DNA of 62,908 bases, counting the filler, from Jimgerdemannia flammicorona (lineage: Eukaryota): the NCBI GenBank assembly GCA_003990765.1. It is 3 parts of 3 records of this genome, joined end to end, with 100 filler letters (N's around TTAATTAATTAA, not from the genome) between each part and the next. Parts side by side here need not be neighbours in the genome. Positions count along the whole stretch, not along the records: positions 21,020 to 41,928 come from RBNJ01001570.1; positions 42,029 to 62,908 come from RBNJ01001574.1; 1 more part is not named here. One strand, written 5' to 3'. The first letter of the stretch is position 1; each line of letters opens with the position of its first letter. Of this stretch, positions 38,762 through 50,256 are shown piece by piece. The translations under genes were made by a program, and so were the position numbers. The notes beneath the pieces were generated by a model. It was not told where the DNA came from. It made no database searches and worked only from the letters and a program-made list of their open reading frames with translations.

Positions 38762-39625
38762 TCAGTCATCTTCAACAACATTTTCCAATCCCTGAACTGC
38801 TTGAATGTGGACAGAGGACTGGTAGACTCTCTGTTGCTCCTCTTCTTCTTCTGAAGACTCGTCAGTTTCAGTGTCAGAGGGGGTTTCTTCAGGGGTAGGG
38901 CCTTGGAGTTCTTGGGCCTCCTCTTCAAAGACAGGAACTTCTTGGGCTTCTTCTTGATTCAGTTCCCAAATGATGAGATGTGAATTGTGGCTGACAAGGT
39001 GATGGGTGGTTGGGGTAGCTCCAATGGGTACTTCTATGATAATGGGCAGTCCTTCAAATATCTCCATAAGACTCATTAGGTGATCTTGATGGTTGTCTCG
39101 GAGTGGGGTGGTGTGGAAACCTGGCTGAGTAGGTTTGGTTTGTTGGCTTTCTATGGCGATGCAGTTGCTGCCAATAGCATTGGCTACTTCAGATTCTATC
39201 CAGTCAGCATCTTCAGTTGATAGGCAGGAGAGGCTACCAGCTGTTACTCCTTACAAGTGTGCTATAGCCCAGGGAATATGGTGGAAGATTTGGTAGACAC
39301 GGAGGGCTCTCTTGATTAGCCGGCTGGTGGTTAACATTTCAGCAATGAGGTCTTCCTGGTTGTCTTCTTGAGTCTCATTGCGAAGGCGGTGTCCGATTTC
39401 ATAGTCATGCCAGAGGGTCATTCGTTCGGTAGTATCTTTGAGCTGTTGGATCATTATATACCGGTAGTTGATGAAGTATCCAAGGTCCTCGGTGTAGAAG
39501 TTCAAGTGTTCAGAAGTATCTGGGCACCAGATGGCCTTCTTGATAGCTTCAAAGATCAGGGTCTTTGGGCCAGACAAAGGGGTAGAGCAGCGGGAGGTCT
39601 GGTTAGATCGGCAAATGGGAGGCAT
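38762..39625 (-). pseudogene. LTR-internal accessory ORF (~287 aa, acidic tail), one internal TAA
   Basis: ORFs 39251-39739 and 38762-39076 share a frame and are separated only by TAA 39251-39253 (probably from CAA); TATTTAAG lies ~60 nt before ATG 39625. Confidence 0.7.
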
Positions 39626-41928
39626 TGTGTGGTGGGTACTTGGTTCTTTGGTGCCGGTCTCTGAGGCGGAGTATGGTTCCTTAAATAACGTGGTCTTCAT
39701 TTTGGCTCGGATCATCTTGTCTTCTTTTGGGATGATCACCTAATGGGTCAGGCTGTCTATTTGATTGTCACACCATTATGTCATCTGATCTTAGCAGTCA
39801 CTGGTACTCTATTGTCAATTGTGTACGTCACATCTGTCCCTTGCAAAATTAGAGCCGTCCTCGGTGGTGAGGATTATACAGAGTTGGGTGGTCTTAACTC
39901 CAGGGATGAGCAGAATGCTGGCGCATTTGTGAGGACTGGCCATCCTTGTCTAGGGTGAGGGCTTCCATAGTTATGACTGGGGGTTCGAACCCATCGGAAA
40001 TAGTATTACTTGTAATCCGAGGCAATTTCTTAGTAACAATGTCTGTCACATGGATGGACTTGAGTCTGGTTCCAACGTTGTTGGCTTTCTTGAGTTCCGA
40101 GTGAAACGTCCATCATATCTCCAGCAGAGACGATACAGACAGAGTGAACAGGATTGTTCAAATGCATTTTGCTTCTCTTGAGTAGTAGAGTCTTATGTGG
40201 TTATGATGTATCTTAGTCTTGAGTATAACTCCATCCAAGGTCTTGAGTTGATAAGTGTGGTTTGAGAATACTTGGTGTATGAGATAGGGACCTTCCCATT
40301 TTGGTTCAAGCTTGGCACTCCAATTTCCTTCTATGATAGTACAGTACACCAGAACCTTTTGTCCAATGAGCAGGGGTTCGAGGTCGGCTTTGCGGTCATA
40401 GTACCTCTTTTGTCGTTCTTGTGCCTTGGCAATAAATCCTCGTGCTTGCTGGCGTATGTCGTGTAACCAGGTGATCTCTTCTGTGACTCGTTTTGACAGA
40501 TCTAGCTGAACTGGTTCAGTAGGATCTTGTGCTTCTCAGCCATACACCAAATAGAAGGGGGTCTGTTGGGTAGTGGTTGCCTTAGAGGTACGGATGCTGA
40601 ACAGAATTGCCAGTAGATAGATATCCCAGTTTAGTTGATCACTAGTTCTACTGAGACCTCGCTTGATGGTCTGGTTCATTCGTTCGGTGAGTCTATTTGC
40701 CTGTGGGTAGTAGGCTGTTGTCAGTCATAGCTTGATCTTGAAGTTGCTTGCAAAGGTCTTCATGGCTTGGTTGATGAATTCTTGGCCTTGGTCTGTAATG
40801 ATTTCCTTGGGCACACCATGGCAGCTGAAAACTTCATCATACAGGATCCCAATAATTGTCTGAGCATTGGCTGTCTCAATGGCAAAAGCTTCAGGCCATT
40901 TTGTCAGGTAGTCTTCGATGGTGAGGATGTAGCATCTTCCTTGGCTGGTTACTGGTAGGGGTCCAATAATGTCTATTCCTAGTCTTTGAAAGGCTCCAGC
41001 TGGTGCTGCGATCAGCATTAATGGTGCTCTGTCGGTAGGCTTTTGTCGGTATCTTTGGCAGATATCACATTATTGAATGTGTATTGAAATTTGTTTTCTC
41101 ATCTTGGGCCACCAGTATTGCTTCTTGATTCTTGCGATTGTGGCACCAATTCCTTGGTATGCATTTTGGTCATGATTTGTTGTCAGGATCTTCAATATTT
41201 CTTCTTCTCTTGGAACTCGGATATACTGCTCTCCTTCTACTCTCCAAAGTTCACCATCACCTTCTTGGAATTTCTTGAAATTCCTTTGAATAAACAACTT
41301 GTGGGCAGGTTGGATTCCTTTCTTGAAGCTTCTATGGTGCAGACTCCAGGTGAGGGCAAGGTGCAATTCTTGGTTCATTTGGATAAGCAGGAAGCAGCCT
41401 TCTCTTGTGGGGGCTCCTTCCCTTCTTGTTGATTTTGCGGGATTCTTGACAGGGTATCAATGTTGGAATTCTTAGTACCTTTCTTGTAGACAATAGTGAA
41501 CTGATATTCTTGCAGAGACATGATCCATCTAGCGAAGATTCCTGAGGGCTCTGGCTTGTTGAACAACCATTGTAGAGCTTGATGATCAGTGATGAGGGCG
41601 AATCTCTTTCTCAAGAGATAGTGTCGGAAGTGGTCCACAGTCCAAATTACTGCTAGGCATTCCAACTTAGTGGCTCCATAGTTCACTTGTGTTTCATTCG
41701 TGACCTTGCTAGCATATTCAATAACATGCTCCCTCTTCTGGTCATCTTGCTGAGATAGAATTGATCCAAGTCCTAAGGCTGAGGCATCAGTTGCCAGGAT
41801 GAATGGTTTGCTAAAGTCTGGTCGCACCAGGACAGGGGCTTCGGTAAGGGCCTTCTTGAGTAGGTCGAATGACTTTTGTTGTTCTTCTTTCCAGTAGAAT
41901 GGTTGGTCCTTCTTGGAGATATCTCGGA

Positions 41929-42028
41929 NNNNNNNNNNNNNNNNNNNNNNNNNNNNNNNNNNNNNNNNNNNNTTAATTAATTAANNNNNNNNNNNNNNNN
42001 NNNNNNNNNNNNNNNNNNNNNNNNNNNN
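41929..42028. other. Assembly gap (100 nt, TTAATTAATTAA linker)
   Basis: N-run. Confidence 0.97.
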
Positions 42029-42422
42029 AAAAAAAAAAAAGAAAAAAGAGAGGAGCGGTATATCGATTCTCAAATGTTCAATTTAATTTTGAAAAGTGGC
42101 ATGACAAATTGATTCATATCTACTCAAATCCGGACCCTCCATAATATCTATACACCCCGCTGGCTCCCACCTGTAACTTTCGTCATATTTGTAGCTCCTT
42201 GATTCTATTTCACGATGAGTGTTTATAATATATATGAGTGGGACATTATATCATATAACAAGAGCAGGGAGTGAAAACAAAACAATTAATGTAATGCTAA
42301 GCAAAACAGGTAACCCGCTAATTAGGTCACGTATCCGACGTAATGCCCACTAAGCTGCCATAGACATATACTTGCCGAGATAGCCAGAAACGACTATACC
42401 AATCCATCCACCTTGCAAAGCA

Positions 42423-42947
42423 TCACAACCCAGACGCCTCATGCTCACTGACAGCGCATCCCCACGAGTCGCGTTCCGTGCACTCACAACAGCTCCACCT
42501 CATGGCAGGCTTGAACCCCGTTATTGTGATGGACTGCTCAGTAACAACAACATTCCACCCGAACTCTCCGGGATGGTAAATGCATCGTTCAGCGGCAGCG
42601 GGATCGAATTCGAGCCTACACCTTGCGCAAAAGGGCGGCTTTGTGAAGGGAACACCGTAGAAATCGGCCTCGCACATGACCTCACGCCGGAGGGCCGCGT
42701 CAACGGGGAGAACAACGTCACCGCCGCGACGGAGATTGTCGAGGATGTAACGGAAGGGCGCTGGATCACGGTCAATGAAGATGCCGCCGTCCACGGTCAG
42801 CGGTGTGTAGGACGGGTCGAGGAGGCCATGGAAGAAAGTATCAGGGATAGAGAGGAGGGTCGTGCGTGTGGTGGTGAAGCGGAGACCGCCCACGTTCAGG
42901 TGGACGACGTCGTTACTGAGGATAGCGTTGGGCTGTTTCGTGGTCAT
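42423..42947 (-). CDS. KCTD-type BTB/POZ (T1) domain protein with C-terminal Cys/His zinc motif
   Basis: VHLNVGGLRFTTTRTTL..IFIDRDPAPFRYILDNLR..EADFYG, then CARC..CIYHPG..WSCC..GC..H; single intact ORF. Confidence 0.9.
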   Translation of the reverse strand: MTTKQPNAILSNDVVHLNVGGLRFTTTRTTLLSIPDTFFHGLLDPSYTPLTVDGGIFIDRDPAPFRYILDNLRRGGDVVLPVDAALRREVMCEADFYGVPFTKPPFCARCRLEFDPAAAERCIYHPGEFGWNVVVTEQSITITGFKPAMRWSCCECTERDSWGCAVSEHEASGL

Positions 42948-43187
42948 TGGGAGGTGCGGGCGGTTTGAAGGACAGGGTGGTTGGCAGTGTTCGTTTGCGG
43001 GTCACTGATGTAGTGTATGCCCCACGTGGTCTCATTTCTCATTTGCCCATTTGCGTCATCATCTGTCATCCGCTGATATATATAGACCCCCGGAATGGAA
43101 TTCGAGGAGGGGGCAACTGACAACCACCGTAAGCATATTTAATTCCATCCCCCATTTTCTGCTTGCCACCATCCATTCAAACAAAAC

Positions 43188-43640
43188 ATGCCCAGCCAAC
43201 ATGCCGAGCCCAACCGCAGCCCCGCTTAGAAGCCGACTTGGAGGCCAAGCAGCTGCTCGACATGTTAGGCGACCCGCTCGCAGCGCTCATCCGCAACTCA
43301 GTCGACCAAACCATCGCCTATGTCCCCAGGTGTCGAACACCCAATAAAAACGAAGAATGGCGTGCGGGTGTGCACTTGAGCTTGCGTCCGGATAACTAGT
43401 ACTTCCAGTTTCCGTGTATTCCACATACAAGCTTGACAGGAGAGACTCGAAGGGAGTCCCGCACGGCCGCCGGAGATTGACCAGCACATCAACTGGTGGG
43501 CCTTGTCGAAATTCATGGCAGAGCAGTGCAAGTCTGGCCTAAACCGGCAGATGTCGTATGCCGCCGGGGGATTCTGGGATGAGGTCATGGCCAAGGTGGA
43601 ACGCGACTGGTTCGCAAAGGTTTGGCGATTCAATTGGTAA
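43188..43640 (+). pseudogene. Possible small hypothetical gene or pseudogene
   Basis: Protein-like segments (LEADLEAKQLLDMLGD..; EIDQHINWWALSKF..KVWRFNW*) in different frames, GC-rich; TATATATA at ~43076. Structure unresolved. Confidence 0.35.
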
Positions 43641-44071
43641 TTCACGCTAGGTTTTCCCCGAATTGAACTTGGGTAGTTGCATATACATGTATATATACGC
43701 ATATAGGAATCTGATGTTGGCTACCCATCCGAATTTTACCCGTCTCAAAGCATGTGGAGATAGGGGTACCATTTTTTTTTTTATATTATCAGAAAGTAAT
43801 GTATTGAGTGTAATAGCCAATAAATCCACATGTCACTCACTTCCATGATGATACCTTTGTGCAAAATCACAAAAGTGTGAATGGGGCCTTCTGCATACGC
43901 CCTTGACTCGCATATCATGATATGGAGAATTGTAGATTGTGAATACAAGACAGGAGGCAGCAGATTTCGTTACCCAACAGACAGTCTCGGTCTTTTCGCA
44001 CCGCCCTGTGGCGTAGCATCGTGACAGCTATAAAAATAGCTGACTCACCTTCCTCCGCCACCCAAGACTCA

Positions 44072-45591
44072 ATGCACCTGTTCCCCGAACTGGACGACCT
44101 TGTCTGCGCCGTCCTACAAGATCACCTTAGCGCCTCGAATCCGGCCGCAAGTGCCGTCGACCACACGAATGGTGGCCACGACATGTCGTGGCCGGCGCTG
44201 TGCGAGGAGCTGTTGAAGCCCGAGGTTTGTCCTTTCGGAAACCGGTTCACTTGTTCGTGGAACACGCACTCAATTCCCCCACTCCAAACCCCTAGTCAAC
44301 CGCACCACCCACCTCTACCCCGGATGACTTCGATCCCTTATCGCATCTTCGTTTGTGCCTGGCCTCCGCGATCACGACGACCTCCTCACGCTTCGCCGTA
44401 GGCGCACTCCAGCGCCCGTTGTACCTTTCTGTAGCCGAGACACTGCGCGGATGCTTTGGACGCTGTGGCGCATGGCCTGTGGAGGTGGCAGGTAGCGGGG
44501 TTACTCTATTGGCGGATGTCAATGTGGCGAGGTTGGTGAGTCTTTGCGTGTGATGTTCGGAGTTCCAGCGTTGAATTACTTCCAGTGATGACTAAGGAAA
44601 TGTTTTGTTGCGCAAAACAGGTTGAAGGAGATTGAAGAGGAAATGGTGCGGCTTGTGGCATTGTACACCAATCCCGCCTCTGATCTGACCGCTAAGCAAA
44701 ACCTCTTGCAAACCTTCTTCTTCACAGTAAGCACATCTATCCAACAATCATCTTTCACACACGCCTCCACCTTTCCACTGATGTCCTTCCTCCTCTATGC
44801 AGACGCTGCACCCGCCGGATATTCGTCCTTTCCTGCACCTCCGCACGACGACGGGCTCGCGCCTGGCGCGGATGCCACCAACGCTGAACGAGTGTCTCGT
44901 CTCGTTCACGACAGTGCACGAGCGCAAGAACTTTCAGCCCGTTCGCAAGGGGGTCAAGCCCAGCACGCTCACTGTCGGAGCCAAGGCGCTGACCAAGCAC
45001 TGGCATCGGGATGTCGGAAGCGGGTTTTGGGGAGTTGCGACTGGGTGTGAGTTTCTCTTTTGAGTTTTTGTGATCGGTATAATATTCGGGTGGCTAGAAG
45101 AATGACAAAATTGGGTGAGGCGTATTGTTGGGAGATAATTTTACTGAAAAGCTCTCTTTTTACCATTCACATTCAGCTGAACGCGCCAAGAACGAGACCG
45201 CAAATGCTGTCCTCGCCAAGATCCTGACCGACCCCGCATGGATCAATTTGCACTGGCTTCCTGTACGCTCTACCTAACTCCACTTGTCTCTTCGACTTAA
45301 TCCCAACACCGTTCCTCGCTCCTAATCTTATCTCGTCCGTACCCTCAGCACGATATTACGGCCTACGAGATCCGCAACGCGCAGGGCTACGGCGCGCGGT
45401 GGGAGGTCCGCGAGTCAGGGTCGAGTTTCGGTACGGCTTCCGTTTTGCCAACCGCGAACCCCGCTAGCACAGCTGCCGACGTCTTAACCGCAACAACCGA
45501 CCTCGTGGAGGAAACCGAAGAGAGGTGGACGTTCCGCGGGTTTCTGGAACCGCAGATGGTCGGGGGGCATGAGAAAGGATGGGTGCATTGA
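44072..45591 (+). CDS. Six-exon conserved protein with C-terminal LTVGAKALTKH..GYGARW..FRGFLEP domain (CdiA-CT/BECR RNase-like)
   Basis: Exons 44072-44224, 44296-44531, 44621-44726, 44803-45046, 45177-45262, 45349-45591; all introns are GT-AG and splice in frame; TATAAAA at 44029. Confidence 0.85.
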
Positions 45592-46255
45592 GGTGTACTG
45601 TCGGCGTAAATAAAGATATGTGTATATGTGCGTGTGTGCGTGTGTGCGGAAGAAGGGGTGGGATAAAGTCCGAGTGCGAAACAGAGATGATGCTATGCGG
45701 ATAATTTATTGTGCATGAACGTATGGAATTGGTTGCTTTAGCGGGTAGCATCCGTCCTTGGCGGGGTGTTTGTATTACTTGAGCTTATTGCGCTATATAC
45801 ACAGAGGACAGAGGACCGACAAATGCATCACGTGTTTTAATTATCAGTTGTTGTAATTACATAATACAAGAAAAAAAGAAAGTGGAAAATATCCTCTCTT
45901 ATCTTCTAATTAGATGTAACATTTTGTAAATAAATATTTCTTATTAAGTATCTATATTTTTAATAATATTTAAATTTTAATTATTTAAAATTATTTCAAC
46001 TACAAAATATTCAATTCTGTTATATATTAATTAATTATTTAATCTAATAAGTAATAGAGTTAAAAATAAAACTATAAACATTTATTTTCTAGCCAATAAT
46101 TAGTAGAATGGTTTATAATAAAAGGTTGTTTTACTATATTACCAAGATATCGTTGTTTTAATATAGAATTTTCAACATCATATTTTCATTATGGTGGCTT
46201 GTGTGTGGCACATGAGCTAGGAACACACGTGCAGGTGCCCACGTTCCCGCAACCA

Positions 46256-47373
46256 ATGCTGCCGACTCCCCCACGCATCCTAACCTGCGCGCGGATCCAC
46301 CGTCAAAATGCCTCCACACACCCCATCGACCTGACGCTCCTAGCGCGTCTCCTGCACGCCTCCCCAACCTACAGCGCCGGCCTGGCCATCGCGACGGACG
46401 GCGACGATCCGGATCTCGTGCGGGCGGTTGAAGCGCTCATACGGGTGGAACCCGCGCGCAAGGGGTTTGAGGTACTCATCATACCTGTCAGCCCGTATGG
46501 ACGCTTTGTGACGCCTCTTAATGCCATGATCGCGAGGGCGGCGAAGGACGGGTACGAGCGCGTGCTGTTCCAATCGTTGGAGGTCGTTGTCGGGAGAGCG
46601 GAGATTGAGGCCTTGGCGGGGATGATGGATGAGGGTGAGTAGTAGGTTAACTATGTGATTGTTTTGAATATAGTTGCCATTTTAGGAGGTTCTGATAATT
46701 GAATGGGACAGATTCGCTGGTGGTCGGCAAGGCCTTCGATTCGCACGCGTTCGTGTTGGGAATGAATAAGCTCACCGGGCTGACGACGCCGTGGAACACG
46801 TGCGCGTTGTGGGATGTGAAGAAGATTGCCCTGGTATGTGGTTATTATATTAAGAACTTGTCATATGATATCATTTCGCTGAAATTTAACAATTACTAAC
46901 CGGTAAACCTGGTAGACGGGCTTCCTCCTCGTTGCCGACGGCCTTGATCCGGAAGTCGTACCTGCCACGGAGGTCTGTCCGATATCTCCAAAACGATGTC
47001 CTTATTCCCCTCTTTGTGCTAATAAGTGAATTATTGAACCCACGCCCACCCTCCAGGAAGCTTCCGCCATCGCCTTGCACCAGCTCTTGCGCCCCACAAC
47101 TTCCAAAGCTGTTCTCGTGCGTACATCGCGGCTCGGCGAGGGGGACGGGTGGGAGGCCCATTGGTATGTCTCCTTTCCTTGATATTTCTCTCTCCCTCTT
47201 TACGACCGCGACCAACTTGGTACAACATAACACCATGCCTCAGGTCCGATCCGGAACGCCGCGCATGGCACGCTCGTAAGATGGCCACTAAAATCTCGAG
47301 CGTTGAGAGCCAGCTGCCGAGGTTGGGAATTTCTGACCATGGAATGGTCGCACACGTTGATCGGTCGTCGTGA
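46256..47373 (+). CDS. Five-exon conserved hypothetical protein (TTPWNT..GF..WH..KM motifs; possibly glycosyltransferase-like fold)
   Basis: Exons 46256-46634, 46712-46833, 46916-46972, 47057-47163, 47244-47373; GT-AG introns splice in frame. Confidence 0.8.
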
Positions 47374-48319
47374 GGTAGAGCAGAGAAGAAAGGTGGGGCC
47401 GCGGGCACGTGGTTGTGGAAGCCAGTAGAGTGATGTGGGGCCGTGGTTGGCCCCGAAGAGAATTTGATACATACTCACCTATCTTGTAATTTCATTCTGG
47501 CCAGACTTATTGATCGTTTTTATCCGTATACCTTACATTACAATTCTAATTATATCTCTGTACCATCTCTGTAAAGGGTTTCCAGTGTTTATATAATAGG
47601 CGTGCAATCACCTTTATCATCCCAATAGTGTATTACCATTAGCATATTCACAACGATTTATACTGTTTGTCTTTTCCTCAAATTGTTTTATGCATGTCGC
47701 ATCATGTCGAGTTGCGTGGTACATGTGCTGGGGCCTGGCTCATACACACCGAACGCCGACGGCCGTGTTTGGGCTTAATGGTGATTTTAGTTTTGGAAGC
47801 GTTGGATGTGTCTATAGGTTAGTGTGGGGGTGAGATCTCGGAGGAATCGTTAGTTTAACATGGAAACACTCGCATGGCAGGCGGGGCCTAGATGGAGTAT
47901 TCTCTGGTCATTAAACATTAGTTTATCGTGGCCTTGGTTCTTTCTAATGGTCTTCCCTTAGAAAGGTGTCTATTGCTTCGCTTTGCTCGTTTTGGCTTTT
48001 TTGTTGCAACATTGGGAGTATGACTGCATGTTAGTGCTACTTCGCGGAAATTATACCTATTTACTCGTTGATTATGTTATCTCTCCGATGTGAGATTTCA
48101 TTCCGCTACTATTTGGTACGCAATTTCCCCTGACTTCGACATACTTCCCCGACCAGAAAATGATTAGTAATGGTTAACGCTCTTCTCGAGTATGAAACAG
48201 AACCGGGCGCAAAGGGTTAATCATGAGCCATATCCGTTGCTGTGCATGATGGCCCAGCCCCACCGCAGTTTATTACCCAGTATGGATATGGCGGCGGGTA
48301 AAGTTTGATGTTTCACTTC

Positions 48320-48495
48320 TGCAGCTTCTCGATTGTCAATAGTACTCTCTTGATGCCAAATAGAATGGCTAATCATTTTTTCTCGATGTCAACTAATTTT
48401 TTTCTCGATGTCAAATAGTACGGGCTAATGATTTTCTCGATGCCAATAGTATGGGCTAATGATTTTCTCGATATCAAATAGTACGGGCTAACTAT
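48320..48495. repeat. ~31-33-bp tandem repeat (TTCTCGATGTCAAATAGTACGGGCTAATGATT), about five degenerate units upstream of array gene copy 1
   Basis: Directly visible. Confidence 0.75.
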
Positions 48496-48791
48496 TTTAT
48501 TTGTTCCGTGCGCATGAAACGAGAGTGCCTGCGATATTGTTTCTCAAGTTTAATTGGTCCACGAAGCGCACCCCCCCGATGAAGCGTCAGGGACCAGCCG
48601 ATTCGAGCAAAAAAACAAGGTCTGAAAATGTAAAAATAAGTCAATTTACTTGTTTTTAACAATCATGCGATCTTGGCCTTCGTTTGGTTTAGTTCTATTA
48701 TGTAAGGTTGGTTCCTCCTGTCGAGCTTTTGATAGTCACGCGAAATGTTCGACTATTTAACCGCTGCAGGCAGAACAATGGAGGGCAAATA

Positions 48792-49676
48792 ATGGCTTAC
48801 CGGCGAATCCTACCTATGCCTCAACAAGACTTGTTATTCCCACACAACTTCCTCAATATCAATTCCAGCTATTCCAAAATATCTCTCTATTCCTATCCCT
48901 CCTACCTCCGCTGCCCCTTTCCCACATGCCCAACGACCTTCAGTAATATAGAAATTCTTCAAGCACACCTGATGCTAGAATCTCACATCATAGCAACAGC
49001 CAATGCCGTTTGGGTCAATACAATTATACCTCTCCCGTCGCCTGGTGAATTTTGTGAGAGAATAAACAACCAGATGTATATGCCTCAAGCGCAACCCCTC
49101 CCCGGCGTACCATCGAACGACACCGCAATCGATCACACAACATTGAGTCAACTTTTCTCGCAACCCCTCGGTGCAAACGGCGCAGTGCAACAATTTGAAG
49201 CAGCAATTTATACAGCCAAACCGGAGCCATATAAACAGTGTACCAGCTGCTCAACAAGGAAGAGGCGATGCCCCATACACGCCGCTGCCACCACCAACAA
49301 ACCGAAACGAACCGCGCCGGGGAAAGCGTGTGCTCGGTGCAGGATGGACAGAAAATCATGCCGTGACACACCTTGCACTCGTTGCAGCAAATCCTGCAGG
49401 ATTTGTTTAGGAGACGATAATTTTCATAGCCTCATTGCATCGTCGTTCGACGGATTGGCGTCCACAAACGAAGGCGACGTTAACTTGGCGCTCAAAACCA
49501 TCAAGGAGATCTTCGAGATCGGCGACAGATCTGGTCATCGCTACGGTCGTGAGGGCGGTGACCGCTACGCGGAATGTATCTACTCATGCGGGGGTATACA
49601 GAAACTTCGCGATCTCGAGCAACGCATGGGACATAACGGCGTTGGAAGGAACATATCCTGGCCGTCATTAAATTGA
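48792..49676 (+). CDS. Zinc-finger/Zn2Cys6-like/importin-alpha-ARM-like protein, copy 1 (1-nt deletion near 49637 alters the C-terminus)
   Basis: CPFPTC..HLMLESH, CTSC..RRCPIH and CARC..C..CTRC..C motifs. CATAACGGCG here versus CATAACTGGCG in copy 4. Confidence 0.75.
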   Translation: MAYRRILPMPQQDLLFPHNFLNINSSYSKISLYSYPSYLRCPFPTCPTTFSNIEILQAHLMLESHIIATANAVWVNTIIPLPSPGEFCERINNQMYMPQAQPLPGVPSNDTAIDHTTLSQLFSQPLGANGAVQQFEAAIYTAKPEPYKQCTSCSTRKRRCPIHAAATTNKPKRTAPGKACARCRMDRKSCRDTPCTRCSKSCRICLGDDNFHSLIASSFDGLASTNEGDVNLALKTIKEIFEIGDRSGHRYGREGGDRYAECIYSCGGIQKLRDLEQRMGHNGVGRNISWPSLN

Positions 49677-50195
49677 TTCACGGTGACGCTGACAACATAT
49701 ATGCCGATCTTTTTGCGGGCGAGGATTCCGTTACCGACGATTACTCTTCCTTCCAGCAAGATGTCACCGAGGAGTGGGGTTTGCTATATTCCACGTGATT
49801 TCGAATCCGTTCTATTTTAATTCATTAGCCATCACACTCCCTAGTATATATATAATTATATATCGTGACAACACTGTATTTCATATAAATACTATAATAC
49901 CCTAGCACTTTGTCTGAATAAACAAGTCGAATACTTAGTACAAACTTTGAAAGCCTGTGCGCGTTTCGAGGGGACGAGGATCCGAAAAATAGAGGGCGCA
50001 TAGTGATCCGCAGTTCTATCTCGCCGTGATTCTTATTGATTTATTCTCCTCCAAGAACCGTTAACTTTTACCCCCACAATAAATATTCAGGTGTACAATA
50101 ACTGCTCGTTGAAGCCCGCTGTTAGGCAATGCAACATATACTGATACGTTTAGTGTCGTGAGTTAAGTTCTACTCAACGTCTTCTATTGTATATA

Positions 50196-50233
<38 letters not shown>

Positions 50234-50256
50234 TACCAAAAAAAAAAAAAAATACA

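Larger units (their letters stand above)
37487..39832 (-). repeat. Putative long 3' LTR containing an ORF
   Basis: Termini TGTGATGT/ACGTCACA (8-bp IR with one CpG transition); purine tract AAGGGACAGA immediately upstream on the minus strand; TGTATAAATA..GAGTGAATAAAGCCTCAGTC motif shared with other LTRs at ~38217-38260. Confidence 0.7.
37487..41928 (-). mobile_element. 3' half of a Ty3/Gypsy element (RNase H, integrase, PPT, ~2.35-kb 3' LTR), cut by the gap
   Basis: FILATDASALGLG, LECLAVIW, TDHQAL, YWWPKM, GIDIIGPLP, TDQGQEF, KWEGPY motifs; LTR termini defined below. Confidence 0.92.

Noticed and set aside
39975..40000. tRNA gene or B-box (GGGTTCGAACCC)
   Set aside because: No A-box or cloverleaf could be built; an isolated palindrome in a retroelement.
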